Origin: an uncultured virus (IMG/VR IMGVR_UViG_3300015608_004663)
Taxonomy: Duplodnaviria > Heunggongvirae > Uroviricota > Caudoviricetes
IMG/VR virus record: IMGVR_UViG_3300015608_004663
Direction: 5' to 3' (one strand)
DNA length: 20,000 nt
The notes beneath the pieces were generated by a model, which worked only from the letters and a program-made list of their open reading frames with translations, did not search any database and was not told the DNA's origin. The position numbers and the translations under genes are program-made. Positions 8,073-16,257 of the stretch are shown here, piece by piece (the stretch's first letter is position 1; each line of letters opens with the position of its first letter).

Positions 8073-8101
8073 GTGCAATCTTTCACAAATAGAGATATGA
8101 T
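8073..8101 (+). promoter_or_regulatory. putative promoter GTGCAA-N17-TATGAT, ATG 6 nt downstream
   Basis: Directly precedes ATG 8108. Confidence 0.55.
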
Positions 8102-8107
8102 CTGATC

Positions 8108-8302
8108 ATGTCGACAAGACACAACTTCGAAGCCAATCTGCGGGCAGGAGATGTTTTTTATGGATCTTGGAGTCGCGCCATCGACTTGATATTGATCATC
8201 TCAACTGGACGCCATAGCGCGCTCGTTGTGAAAGCAAACGCCGCGCAGTGTGACATCAAAGATGTCTACTATTCAGCTATTTACGTTAGAAAGAGACTGT
8301 AA
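8108..8302 (+). CDS. small PGDL-like protein (RAGDVF)
   Basis: Motif variant; TAATG coupling to the next ORF. Confidence 0.6.
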   Translation: MSTRHNFEANLRAGDVFYGSWSRAIDLILIISTGRHSALVVKANAAQCDIKDVYYSAIYVRKRL

Positions 8303-8523
8303 TGTCAGATTCACAAGGCGCAGAAGAGAGCGATCAGACAGTCTTCGCTGGTGATTTGATGTCGCGCGGTTCTGATCTGGGCTTCGCGATCTCGTGTGAC
8401 TGCAGCATCATCTTGTACGCTGAGAGCAATCTGACTGACGCTTTTCACTTAGCAGTGTTCAGCTTTCACTGCTGGAGCTTTTTTTCAGATCATTTTGATC
8501 TCATAGAGCGAGCTAGCTCATGA
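8302..8523 (+). CDS. small PGDL-like protein (FAGDLM)
   Basis: Motif variant; translational coupling. Confidence 0.55.
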   Translation: MSDSQGAEESDQTVFAGDLMSRGSDLGFAISCDCSIILYAESNLTDAFHLAVFSFHCWSFFSDHFDLIERASS

Positions 8524-8637
8524 CAGGCTAGCGGAGACTTGCTACCTGACTGTTACGCATCAGCGACAGATCTCTTGATAACTGCTGATCTCAGCGACGA
8601 TTCACTTGCATCGCAAGGTCAATTCTGACGCAAGAAT

Positions 8638-8740
8638 TCTCGGGAATCTCGTGAGACAGAGTGACCGAATCAGGCGACGAAAAATCTCGGGAAATTTTTT
8701 GTGAACAGCGGCTTGAACTGAACGGCGAGAATCTCGGGAA
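8638..8740. repeat. three TCTCGGGAA direct repeats at exact 47-bp period
   Basis: Copies start at 8638, 8685 and 8732, with A/T-rich flanks. Confidence 0.8.
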
Positions 8741-8812
8741 TTTGTGCGCAGCCCAGGGCACACCCGACCGCCCTCGAGAGCCCTATACATGTTGGCCAGC
8801 CCCAGCCCCCCG

Positions 8813-8850
8813 TTTTATGGGGCCTTTTATGGCCCTTGTTATGGGGCCCC
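8813..8850. repeat. three TTATGG(GG)CC repeats at 12-bp period
   Basis: ATGG at 8817, 8829 and 8841: TTTTATGGGGCC TTTTATGGCCC TTGTTATGGGGCCCC. Confidence 0.75.
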
Positions 8851-9037
8851 TCTGTGGGCTTGCTGGGAAAGACAAAGGGGGGGCCTGCAACTAGCAGTGT
8901 CGAAGCAACTTCAGCGTTGCGCTCGCGTCGCAAGTCCTCTTGATACTGGGTCTGAAAGTCAGCGATGAAGCGCAGCGGGTCTTCAGTGCGGCGCAGGATG
9001 CTCTTGCAAATCGGCGAGGATAGCTCAGCAGAGACGA

Positions 9038-9232
9038 TCAGGAATTAGCATTAGATGATCTCTTCTCAGCATTCCACTGTCGCTGCGCGATCGCTGTGTT
9101 GAGTTGCTGCTGACGCAGGTGCACATCCCAGCAATATGTGCAGTAGCCCGGTTTTGGCTTAGCTGCACCCACAGGGCCGTAGGGTGTATTACATGAGCTG
9201 CAGATGTAGCGAGGTCGCTGTGGTGTAGTCAT
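9038..9232 (-). CDS. small zinc-finger-like protein
   Basis: CSSC...CTYC pairs. Confidence 0.6.
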   Translation of the reverse strand: MTTPQRPRYICSSCNTPYGPVGAAKPKPGYCTYCWDVHLRQQQLNTAIAQRQWNAEKRSSNANS

Positions 9233-9272
9233 TGGATCACTTTGTGTTTCTTCAGAACGGCGAACATCACCG

Positions 9273-9488
9273 TCACAGCGACAGCAGATGCGCTAAGAGC
9301 GGATTGACTGCGTTAAGCGCACAGCTACCCTCGATCACGAGCTTGCCATCGCGCTCAATCACGCCTGTTACATCACCGATAAGTGGATCCGTGTCGTCAT
9401 CAGCGGCTGAGGTGCTCTCAAGTTGCACGGTCGCTGAGCCAGGTATCTTTGACTGCTGCAAGAGCGAAATCAGTTGATCTTTGGTCAT
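9273..9488 (-). CDS. hypothetical phage-like protein
   Basis: MTKDQLISLLQ start typical of phage ORFans; AAGGA RBS. Confidence 0.65.
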   Translation of the reverse strand: MTKDQLISLLQQSKIPGSATVQLESTSAADDDTDPLIGDVTGVIERDGKLVIEGSCALNAVNPLLAHLLSL

Positions 9489-9512
9489 CGTGTCATCCTT
9501 TCAGCGCAGAGA

Positions 9513-9725
9513 TCACCTCTTTACCCTAGAGATCAGCCTCATGTTGAAGAACGGTTTGTAGCAGTGAATTGTCGCCGATGCGCTTGCGTCTCTATCATCT
9601 GATCGAGCGCAAATGTACAAGACGTCTGCTCCATCACCAGAATCGTGAGTGATGCACAAGACAAGTCCTCAGCTTGGCCGCGGCGATCGCAGCAAGTCAC
9701 CTGGGTTTGTCGGCTCTTCTCTCAT
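9513..9725 (-). pseudogene. PGDL-family gene with one in-frame TGA
   Basis: MREEPTNPGDLLRSPRPS*GLVLCITHDSGDGADVLYICARSDDRDASASATIHCYKPFFNMRLISRVKR*; internal TGA at 9669-9671. Confidence 0.65.
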
Positions 9726-9834
9726 TGTTTCGCTCTGTCCCAAGCATCTGCTAAAGATCTAGCCTCGATGAGGCGTTGCTTTGACGCAATGAGCTGCTGC
9801 GACAAGCAGATGATCGCTGGTCAGAAAATCTGAC

Positions 9835-9996
9835 TCACTCCAGCTCACTCATTTGAGTCTCGATCTTGCTCACGACAGTCAACGTTAGCAAGATCGCTAG
9901 CGGCAGCAGACACCAGACAGCTGCGACTCCACTAAGATACATCATCAGACCAAGAGTAATAGCTAGAGCACAGGCTACGTAGAAAACTGGTTGCAT
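9835..9996 (-). CDS. 53-aa membrane protein with two TM helices (not in ORF track)
   Basis: GAGGTG RBS; MQPVFYVACALAITLGLMMYLSGVAAVWCLLPLAILLTLTVVSKIETQMSELE. Confidence 0.6.
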   Translation of the reverse strand: MQPVFYVACALAITLGLMMYLSGVAAVWCLLPLAILLTLTVVSKIETQMSELE

Positions 9997-10235
9997 CTGT
10001 TCACCTCACTGTCATCATCACGCCAGGTTGCTTCTCAAAGTCAAGACGCATGCGCGCCGTGAGCTGTTGCAGCGCTCATAACGTGCTAGACCGGTCTAGA
10101 CGTCGTATACGAGGTGCTACGAGGCCTCCCGCGCCGTTGCGGCCAGGCGGTTGTCCGGCGCCTTGGGCTCGAAGATCATCAGGTAGCCATCAACCGGCGT
10201 GTTGTTGGCCATCACCGTGTTCCACGTGTGCGAGA

Positions 10236-10442
10236 TCACCAGCGGCAGGTTCGATGTGAACTGCTCGATGCAACCAAGCCGTATCCTCGTATGCAACGAG
10301 GACATTTCACGCGCTCGACAGTGAACGTACCAATGCGGTCAGCCCACTGACAGCGCTCAATTTCTCCTGATTGGAAGCCAATCCAAGCGTGACACGTATC
10401 ACACTGCACACGTCTGTATTCAGGTTCAAGTATTACTGGCAT
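10236..10442 (-). CDS. zinc-ribbon protein
   Basis: CDTC...CPRC; GGAGGG RBS. Confidence 0.65.
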   Translation of the reverse strand: MPVILEPEYRRVQCDTCHAWIGFQSGEIERCQWADRIGTFTVERVKCPRCIRGYGLVASSSSHRTCRW

Positions 10443-10626
10443 TGTTCCCTCCTCTCTGTCCTCGACTGTACTTGGTAGTCAAGATCTTCAAGCAACAAAA
10501 GCTGCTCTGGCGCCTGCGCGTTGCTCAGTCGTAGCTGTTTGGTACTTCTTCATGATCTTGCCTCACAGTGTTTGTTGCGCGCATCTCAGTCAAGCGCGCT
10601 TCACAGTCCACGCGCTGCAAATTGCG

Positions 10627-10839
10627 TCACTCTAGACAAGTTAGATTCACGATGCCAGCTTCACTCATGATCTCGCTCTTGATGCTGAGTGTGTTAGCTC
10701 GCTCAGAGAAAAAATCAGCGACGATGATCTGAACTGCCTGCTTGGCGACGGCGGCGCAGATGAACATGTCAATCGTTTTGATCGTTGTGTGTCTGAGCAG
10801 CAGATCACCTGGTGCTGCGATCGATCGGTCACTGCGCAC
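10627..10839 (-). CDS. small PGDL-motif protein
   Basis: AAPGDLLLR. Confidence 0.65.
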   Translation of the reverse strand: MRSDRSIAAPGDLLLRHTTIKTIDMFICAAVAKQAVQIIVADFFSERANTLSIKSEIMSEAGIVNLTCLE

Positions 10840-11065
10840 TGGAGATCCTCCCTAGCCACTCTGTGGCTGTGTCGATCTGCACGATCTTTGTGCTGATCAT
10901 GATTGGGTTGCGATCTGCTTTCAGCAGATCTTGAGGCTTCGTTTTAAGAAACAGGTAAAACATACCTGAGTGACCGATAGCAAAGTACAAGCTGATGGTT
11001 CCGTCTTTCCAAGATCGCCAGAAAAGCTCGCCAGGTTTAGAGACGCTTGCACATTGATCGCGCAT
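10829..11065 (-). CDS. small PGDL-motif protein (PGEL)
   Basis: SKPGELFWR. Confidence 0.65.
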   Translation of the reverse strand: MRDQCASVSKPGELFWRSWKDGTISLYFAIGHSGMFYLFLKTKPQDLLKADRNPIMISTKIVQIDTATEWLGRISSAQ

Positions 11066-11066
11066 T

Positions 11067-11282
11067 TCACTCTGCCCACAGTCTAGTCATCACCTGCCGC
11101 TGAAGCATGTGGTTGATCTGCTGCAGCGAGATCTGCGAGATGCTGAGCAAGATCGTGTCGTCTTCGTAAGACATCATCAAAGTTTTTGCAGTAGCATCAT
11201 CGCAGTGCACGACAATGTGCAAGATCTTCGTACTTGGAAACCACGCGCGAGAAAAAAGAGCACCTGGAGCGTTCTTGTGCAT
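11067..11282 (-). CDS. small PGDL-motif protein (PGAL)
   Basis: NAPGALFSR. Confidence 0.65.
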   Translation of the reverse strand: MHKNAPGALFSRAWFPSTKILHIVVHCDDATAKTLMMSYEDDTILLSISQISLQQINHMLQRQVMTRLWAE

Positions 11283-11285
11283 TTG

Positions 11286-11494
11286 CTATTCTCTGCAAGC
11301 TGATTGTACTGCAGCTCGCTGTGACATTTCACTGAGCTTGATGAAAAAGTCTGGGTGATTCAGCTGCGAGATAACTGTCGATCCATCAATATCTGTGAAG
11401 ATGCCCAGCGCTGCTCGATCTGAGCAGTCAGCAAGAATCAAGCAAAACGTCGCTGCGCCGAACAGCAACAGAGTGCGCTTCTGCAGCAGATCAC
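11286..11494 (-). CDS. probable PGDL-family protein, 5' end in N gap
   Basis: GTGATCTG (DL) at the gap edge, then FCLILADC. Confidence 0.5.
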
Positions 11495-11524
11495 NNNNNN
11501 NNNNNNNNNNNNNNNNNNNNNNNN

Positions 11525-11737
11525 ACTCCATAGCAAGCCATGATCTGGTGGGTCGTACACTGCGCTAAAGATCGCGCACCGAACATCACTCTAGATCATG
11601 ATCGATGACATGATTTTGTCTTCACCAGTCACAGAGTGCAAGCAGAGTGTCATTATCGAAATGTTGCAATCATACTTGAAATAATACAAATCGCCCGGCG
11701 ACATCCGCCGCGCTTGCTTGGTGTCATCCGCGCTCAT
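11525..11737 (-). pseudogene. PGDL-family gene, probably interrupted by TAG at 11591-11593
   Basis: MSADDTKQARRMSPGDLYYF...SIMI*SDVRCAIFSAVYDPPDHGLLWS; the frame stays open to the gap, giving a family-typical length. Confidence 0.45.
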
Positions 11738-11933
11738 TGCACCACCACAGAAAACTGTGACGTGATTTTGAGGCTGATGCGTGCACAGCACCAAAAGAGA
11801 TCACATCATCGCTATAAACAGTCATCGAGCGAAGCGTGTCAGAAGTTTCACTCCACAAGCAAACTGTGATAGCGCAAAGTCCAAGGCTGCGGTGAACTAG
11901 CAGATCACCCGGTGATGCCCTGCGATCAATCAT
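11724..11933 (-). CDS. small PGDL-motif protein
   Basis: ASPGDLLVH; GGAGG RBS. Confidence 0.65.
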   Translation of the reverse strand: MIDRRASPGDLLVHRSLGLCAITVCLWSETSDTLRSMTVYSDDVISFGAVHASASKSRHSFLWWCNERG

Positions 11934-12148
11934 TCAAACCTCCAGTTAGCGTCAGCGTGCTGCGCTTTTCGCTCGCTCCATTCTGGAGCATTCTGATCTT
12001 CACATCTTGAGCATCNNNNNNNNNNNNNNNNNNNNNNNNNNNNNNNNNNNNNNNNNNNNNNNNNNNNNNNNNNNNNNNNNNNNNNNNNNNNNNNNNATCT
12101 GAACAGCAGATCACCAGGCTTTGCGCTCAAATCACTCACGACTGGCAT
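11930..12148 (-). CDS. small PGDL-motif protein spanning an N gap
   Basis: AKPGDLLFR; 3' frame uncertain. Confidence 0.5.
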   Translation of the reverse strand: MPVVSDLSAKPGDLLFRXXXXXXXXXXXXXXXXXXXXXXXXXXXXCSRCEDQNAPEWSERKAQHADANWRFE

Positions 12149-12329
12149 CTTTCGCAGCAGTTAGTCGCAGAAACCCGCGCTGGAGCCACTCTTCGCGCAG
12201 CACCATGATTTCTGGAAAGTTTGCAGAGCAAGCAATCACATGGAACTCAGACGTGAAGCAGAGAGCGATCCGCGCATTGCTGCTTGCGTCTACAAACAGA
12301 TCACCGGGTGTGTACTTCTGCGATTTCAT
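12132..12329 (-). CDS. small PGDL-motif protein
   Basis: YTPGDLFVD. Confidence 0.65.
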   Translation of the reverse strand: MKSQKYTPGDLFVDASSNARIALCFTSEFHVIACSANFPEIMVLREEWLQRGFLRLTAAKDASRE

Positions 12330-12350
12330 GACATCACTTTGCCTTGCTCT

Positions 12351-12548
12351 TCAAAACGATGCACTTTTGCAAGAGATCGTGCGTGGCAAGTACTGCGCGT
12401 TTAGGTTTATCAGCTCGTACTTTTCAAGGTCATCTGTCATCAGCTTTAGATCGCCGTCTTTGCTAGCAGAGATGATAATGTACAGTTCGATGCTTTGAGC
12501 TGGATAGATCAAGAGATCACCCGGGTTATAGCTTCTAGCTTTTCTCAT
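12351..12548 (-). CDS. small PGDL-motif protein
   Basis: YNPGDLLIY. Confidence 0.65.
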   Translation of the reverse strand: MRKARSYNPGDLLIYPAQSIELYIIISASKDGDLKLMTDDLEKYELINLNAQYLPRTISCKSASF

Positions 12549-12765
12549 GCTGCTGCTTTTTAAGCTTGAGCAAAAATGTCATATCGAACTTTCGCGCGTA
12601 GATTTTCGCTTCATCCAATGACAGGCCAGCGTAAAACCACAAGCACAGCTGCTTGTCGTCGTCTGCATCAGCGCACTCGACAACGCAAAACAAGAAGTTA
12701 TCAACAAAGAAAAGGTGACCTGGCTCTCGTGAGCTGCTCACTGCTCTTCTCCGTTGAAGGGCCAA
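12535..12765 (-). CDS. small PGDL-like protein (PGHL); true start may be GTG near 12741
   Basis: REPGHLFFVDNFLFCVV. Confidence 0.55.
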   Translation of the reverse strand: MALQRRRAVSSSREPGHLFFVDNFLFCVVECADADDDKQLCLWFYAGLSLDEAKIYARKFDMTFLLKLKKQQHEKS

Positions 12766-13241
12766 GAATCGGGAGAGCTTGAGTACGCACCCGCAGATCC
12801 ACCCACAAGTTTCAAAGCAGCTACGATAAGATCGACGTCTTCTTGCGCAATAGATTTCAGCCGCTCAAGCGCAGGTCTTTTCAGACAGGGTGATCTGCGA
12901 TAGTTTATATCGTCCACGCTGTTGAGCGGCCTCTGCACACCAGCGCGGCCGTACAGCTCGTCTTCTATCCAACCGCACATCTTCTCTTGATTGTCTTGCT
13001 GCTTGATGCGCTTACGAGACAGATGCGCTTCATCTTCAAGACCGTAATCATCGGTATCGCGCTTGCTGGGATCTGCAGCAAGCCAGTGACAGAACTCGTG
13101 CAGCAAGCCCTCAACGTCATTCAGAGGCACGCAGATCTTGCCAGAGGGTGATGTCCACGTGTAGAACGAAGCGGTCTTGACTGAGCGACAAGTCAGTCTT
13201 TCTACAATGTTTGATAGCGCTTCAAAAGCTGGTGTCCACAT
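12738..13241 (-). CDS. HExxH metalloprotein, EpmC/YfcM-like (alternatively ImmA/IrrE-like peptidase)
   Basis: LLHEFCHWLAADPSKRDTDDYGL resembles the EpmC pattern ALHE.SHWCIAG..RR...DFG, with a downstream E. Confidence 0.55.
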   Translation of the reverse strand: MWTPAFEALSNIVERLTCRSVKTASFYTWTSPSGKICVPLNDVEGLLHEFCHWLAADPSKRDTDDYGLEDEAHLSRKRIKQQDNQEKMCGWIEDELYGRAGVQRPLNSVDDINYRRSPCLKRPALERLKSIAQEDVDLIVAALKLVGGSAGAYSSSPDSWPFNGEEQ

Positions 13242-13248
13242 GTTACGC

Positions 13249-13449
13249 TCACGCTAGCTTTTCCCCATAGCAGCCAATAAGCTTTGAGTTGAGCACTATC
13301 TTGCCAGAGCCGTCCCGTTGAAGCCCAAAGCACACATCTGCTGTAGTTAAGCTGCACGCAATGATCAAAATCATTCTGTTACCTAACCCAACAACGCAAA
13401 GATCGCCGGGTGCAAGATCAGTCAATAAGCTGCGCCAATGTGCTTTCAT
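13249..13449 (-). CDS. small PGDL-motif protein
   Basis: LAPGDLCVV; ATGA overlap with the upstream gene. Confidence 0.65.
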   Translation of the reverse strand: MKAHWRSLLTDLAPGDLCVVGLGNRMILIIACSLTTADVCFGLQRDGSGKIVLNSKLIGCYGEKLA

Positions 13450-13793
13450 ATTCGATCTCGCTCAGCAGCTTCTGCAGATCTTTTTGCGTTGATCTGCTCT
13501 GATATGATTGCTTGACGAGCAGCAAGCTTGTCAAGCAGCTCTTTGGTCGCATCAATCACAGCGTGACCGCGACTTGTGTCAAGTTCAAAGTTTGCGTTCA
13601 CAAGAGCGGTCAGGAGCGTTCCGTCATCATTGATGATAGAAGCGAAAGTTGCGTTTGTATAAACATCGCTCAGCGCTTGGTACGAGCTCGTGAACACATC
13701 ACAAACTCGACCCACATAAGAGATCTCTAGCACTTCTTCATCAACGCACTGCAGCGCGCTGTTCCACTGTCTGACGTACCTGAAGATTGGCAT
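13446..13793 (-). CDS. hypothetical phage-like protein (MPIFRYVRQW...)
   Basis: AAGGA RBS before ATG 13793; C-terminal helical tail after VIDATKE. Confidence 0.65.
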   Translation of the reverse strand: MPIFRYVRQWNSALQCVDEEVLEISYVGRVCDVFTSSYQALSDVYTNATFASIINDDGTLLTALVNANFELDTSRGHAVIDATKELLDKLAARQAIISEQINAKRSAEAAERDRI

Positions 13794-13819
13794 AGTTGAT
13801 CCTTGACTTAGATAGAATC

Positions 13820-13934
13820 GTATCAAATCTGGTGCAAGATTNNNNNNNNNNNNNNNNNNNNNNNNNNNNNNNNNNNNNNNNNNNNNNNNNNNNNNNNNNN
13901 NNNNNNNNNNNNAATCTTGCACCAGATTTGATAC
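13820..13934. repeat. 22-bp perfect inverted repeat flanking an N gap
   Basis: GTATCAAATCTGGTGCAAGATT (13820-13841) and AATCTTGCACCAGATTTGATAC (13913-13934). Confidence 0.8.
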
Positions 13935-13996
13935 TGTTCTACCAAGCTATCAGGTGATAGCAAGCTGTTACCTGCACTATTGCTTGCACAGAGGCA

Positions 13997-14185
13997 ATGA
14001 TGACGATGAGCAACCGAGTAGTTGACGCAGGTAACAACGAGACTTGGACAATTGGTTGCTTTCCTCAAGCTGATGGCACGTTTCTAGCGATGACTTTCAC
14101 GGACTCGCGCATCTTCAAGACTCAGAAAGGCGCCGAGAAGTGGCTAGCCAAGCGCGGCTACAGTCTGCGCGGTGAGGTGCTCTGA
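13997..14185 (+). CDS. DUF1391 family protein (YdaF-like prophage protein)
   Basis: DAGNNET..IGCFPQADGTFLAMTFTDSRIFKTQKGAEKWL matches my recollection of DUF1391 (DLGNNES...GVFPNQDGTFTAMTYTKSKTFKTE.GA.RWL). Confidence 0.8.
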   Translation: MMTMSNRVVDAGNNETWTIGCFPQADGTFLAMTFTDSRIFKTQKGAEKWLAKRGYSLRGEVL

Positions 14186-14475
14186 TGCCCAAGCGATCAA
14201 GCAGCAACAAAGCAAAAAAATCTAGCGCGCTTCAAGCAAAGCTTGNNNNNNNNNNNNNNNNNNNNNNNNNNNNNNNNNNNNNNNNNNNNNNNNNNNNNNN
14301 NNNNNNNNNNNNNNNNNNNNNNNNNNNNNNNNNNNNNNNNNNNNNNNNNNNNNNNNNNNNNNNNNNNNNNNATAGATCCTAACACTGGTCTTTGTCGGTA
14401 CGGTTATGTTTGGAACCCGCAGCCGCGAGCAAACATCATTGTATCACACTTGTCTGACTAACGGTGAATCTTAAA

Positions 14476-14666
14476 ATGAAGCACATTACGTCAACAAAAC
14501 CGGGAGATCTGCTGCTAAAAGCGGGCACTTGCTCATAGCTGTCGATGGCGATCCAATAACAAAGCACGCAGTCGTGGCAGAGCATGATGTGAAGATCGCT
14601 TGTGTCAAGATGATCTACAGCGAGCAGATGAAATCAGAAATCATCAGCTCTGCGAGCAGAGATTGA
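14476..14666 (+). pseudogene. PGDL-family gene with 1-nt frameshift near 14517-14520
   Basis: MKHITSTKPGDLLLK, then in a shifted frame SGHLLIAVDGDPITKHAVVAEHDVKIACVKMIYSEQMKSEIISSASRD*. Adding one A to CTAAAAGC restores a 63-aa ORF. Confidence 0.6.
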
Positions 14667-14669
14667 ATC

Positions 14670-15026
14670 ATGCGCAAAGACGAGATTCACTTGGGTCCGT
14701 GGCATCGCGGCTTAAGATGGACTGGTGAGCTTTGCTTCGTAGATGATTGCTCAACGCACGATTTTTCGTACGATGATGTGACAGACGTCATAGCGTGCAG
14801 TCAGTCACAAGCCTATGATTTGTACGGGAGCATCGTTGCTGTTGTGAAGCTTAAAGACGGGCGATACGCCGCGTGGGAGACATCTTGGGGACCGAGCGGC
14901 CATGGCTTCTCTGAGAGCAGGTACGGCGGAAATGCAGATGTCATCGTTGCAAACTCTCTTAGAAAGCTGTTCTTCGCTCTTTCAGAACACAGCAGATACA
15001 AGCTTATTCAGGAGCTAGGGCTGTGA
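14670..15026 (+). CDS. hypothetical protein
   Basis: 118-aa ORF, GTGA-coupled to the next gene. Confidence 0.7.
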   Translation: MRKDEIHLGPWHRGLRWTGELCFVDDCSTHDFSYDDVTDVIACSQSQAYDLYGSIVAVVKLKDGRYAAWETSWGPSGHGFSESRYGGNADVIVANSLRKLFFALSEHSRYKLIQELGL

Positions 15027-15229
15027 TCGAACCCGGTGCGCTGCTGCTGCTGAATGAAAAGATGTTCTCATCGCGAGAGCTGCTGACATGGTTTGTGATT
15101 TGCGTCTCTGATGCAAAGACTGCTAGCGATGCGCGCAGAATGAAAGTTATCACTGCTGGCTGCGACACTCCCGCATCGCTAGCATCAATCGCGATCACAC
15201 CTCAAGATCTGATCAAGTTAATTCGATGA
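15023..15229 (+). CDS. small PGDL-like protein (EPGAL)
   Basis: MIEPGALLLL...WFVICVS. Confidence 0.6.
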   Translation: MIEPGALLLLNEKMFSSRELLTWFVICVSDAKTASDARRMKVITAGCDTPASLASIAITPQDLIKLIR

Positions 15230-15474
15230 ATCATCAAAAACAGAGCAACACTCCAGGTGAAATCTTCGCAGTGCAACACAACTGGCAGACCGAGCAAGCC
15301 TCGCCGCGGTGGTTTAACATATCGATCTGCATCAGCTTAAGCAAGACGTCAGATTGCTGGCTGCGATTGTTTGGTGATGGAACGCTCGAGTTCGAGCAGG
15401 TGCACCAAACCTCGAGAAGCGCAGAGATCACTTCAATCAAGCTTGCAAGCATCAGAGCAGAAGAAAATTCTTAG
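15226..15474 (+). CDS. small PGDL-like protein (PGEI)
   Basis: NTPGEIFAV...ISICIS; ATGA overlap. Confidence 0.6.
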   Translation: MNHQKQSNTPGEIFAVQHNWQTEQASPRWFNISICISLSKTSDCWLRLFGDGTLEFEQVHQTSRSAEITSIKLASIRAEENS

Positions 15475-15786
15475 CAAGAAGATCTTCTGTTTTGCGATCC
15501 TTTGTTGAAGATCATCATTGATGGCGAAGATGATGGATCTCTGTTCCTGCTCGCTGCTGCAATCCTGAAGCGAGGTTAAGAAACACGATTGGTTATCGCG
15601 ACAGATCGCAGATAATCTTCTCAAGTTACTTCTTAGTCTAAGAAGAGCTCACCGCGATTGTTGAGAGCAGACACGCTGTCACTGCTCGCTCATCTTCTAA
15701 TAGCAACACAGCTCACGCTTCATTCAGCCTTGTCGTTATCACAACAGCTACAAATTCAGTGTTCTACGAAGAGAGCGTGATTGATA

Positions 15787-15996
15787 TCATGCTAAGATCG
15801 TTTCGTGCATTGTGAACACGCAAGCGAACGTTCGCGCAAACTGCGCTGCGCCTGCTGCTGAGATCTCAAGAACAAGACTCTGATTAGAAGCTGTTTCAAC
15901 AAACATCTGTATGCAGCGTGCTTCACGATTGTTGTGAGTGATCAGCATGCCAGGCACTGCCGTGACTCTTGAATCATCGCGCTGCGTTTTGAGCAT
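15787..15996 (-). CDS. small PGDL-like protein (PGML)
   Basis: AVPGMLITH; GAGG RBS. Confidence 0.55.
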   Translation of the reverse strand: MLKTQRDDSRVTAVPGMLITHNNREARCIQMFVETASNQSLVLEISAAGAAQFARTFACVFTMHETILA

Positions 15997-16035
15997 CTTC
16001 GCGCCTCAGTAACTTTCATCTGTGAACAGTTTAGA

Positions 16036-16242
16036 TCAAGACAACACTAGCTCTAGCTCATCTGGGATGTCAGCTGTGCGAAATTGTCTGTCTTGCGCAT
16101 GAAACACAAGCTTTGTCTGAGTTTCTTGATTGACTGAAATGCATATGATCGGTGCGATGATCGAGCGCCGGCCAGCGCTGCCATCACGTCTCATGCGCTC
16201 AACGAAGTAACGATAGCGCGTCAGTTCACCAGGGATGCACAC
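16036..16242 (-). CDS. small PGDL-like protein (PGEL)
   Basis: CIPGELTRY...IICISV. Confidence 0.6.
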   Translation of the reverse strand: MCIPGELTRYRYFVERMRRDGSAGRRSIIAPIICISVNQETQTKLVFHAQDRQFRTADIPDELELVLS

Positions 16243-16257
16243 CGTGACACTCTGAAC

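Noticed and set aside
7604..8122. 172-aa minus-strand ORF
   Set aside because: Overlaps antisense to PGDL genes and promoter motifs, with no recognisable features.
8638..8740. Mini CRISPR array
   Set aside because: The repeat core is only 9 bp with three copies, and no cas genes are in the window.
8602..8968. Several overlapping 60-90 aa ORFs
   Set aside because: Low-complexity G/P-rich translations of the repeat island, with no RBS support.
7608..11737. Stop-codon recoding suggested by internal TGA/TAG in PGDL genes
   Set aside because: TGA ends many genes in ATGA/GTGA overlaps, TAG ends the DUF3696-like protein at its expected terminus, and the long conserved genes have no internal stops. 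The lesions are of mixed types.
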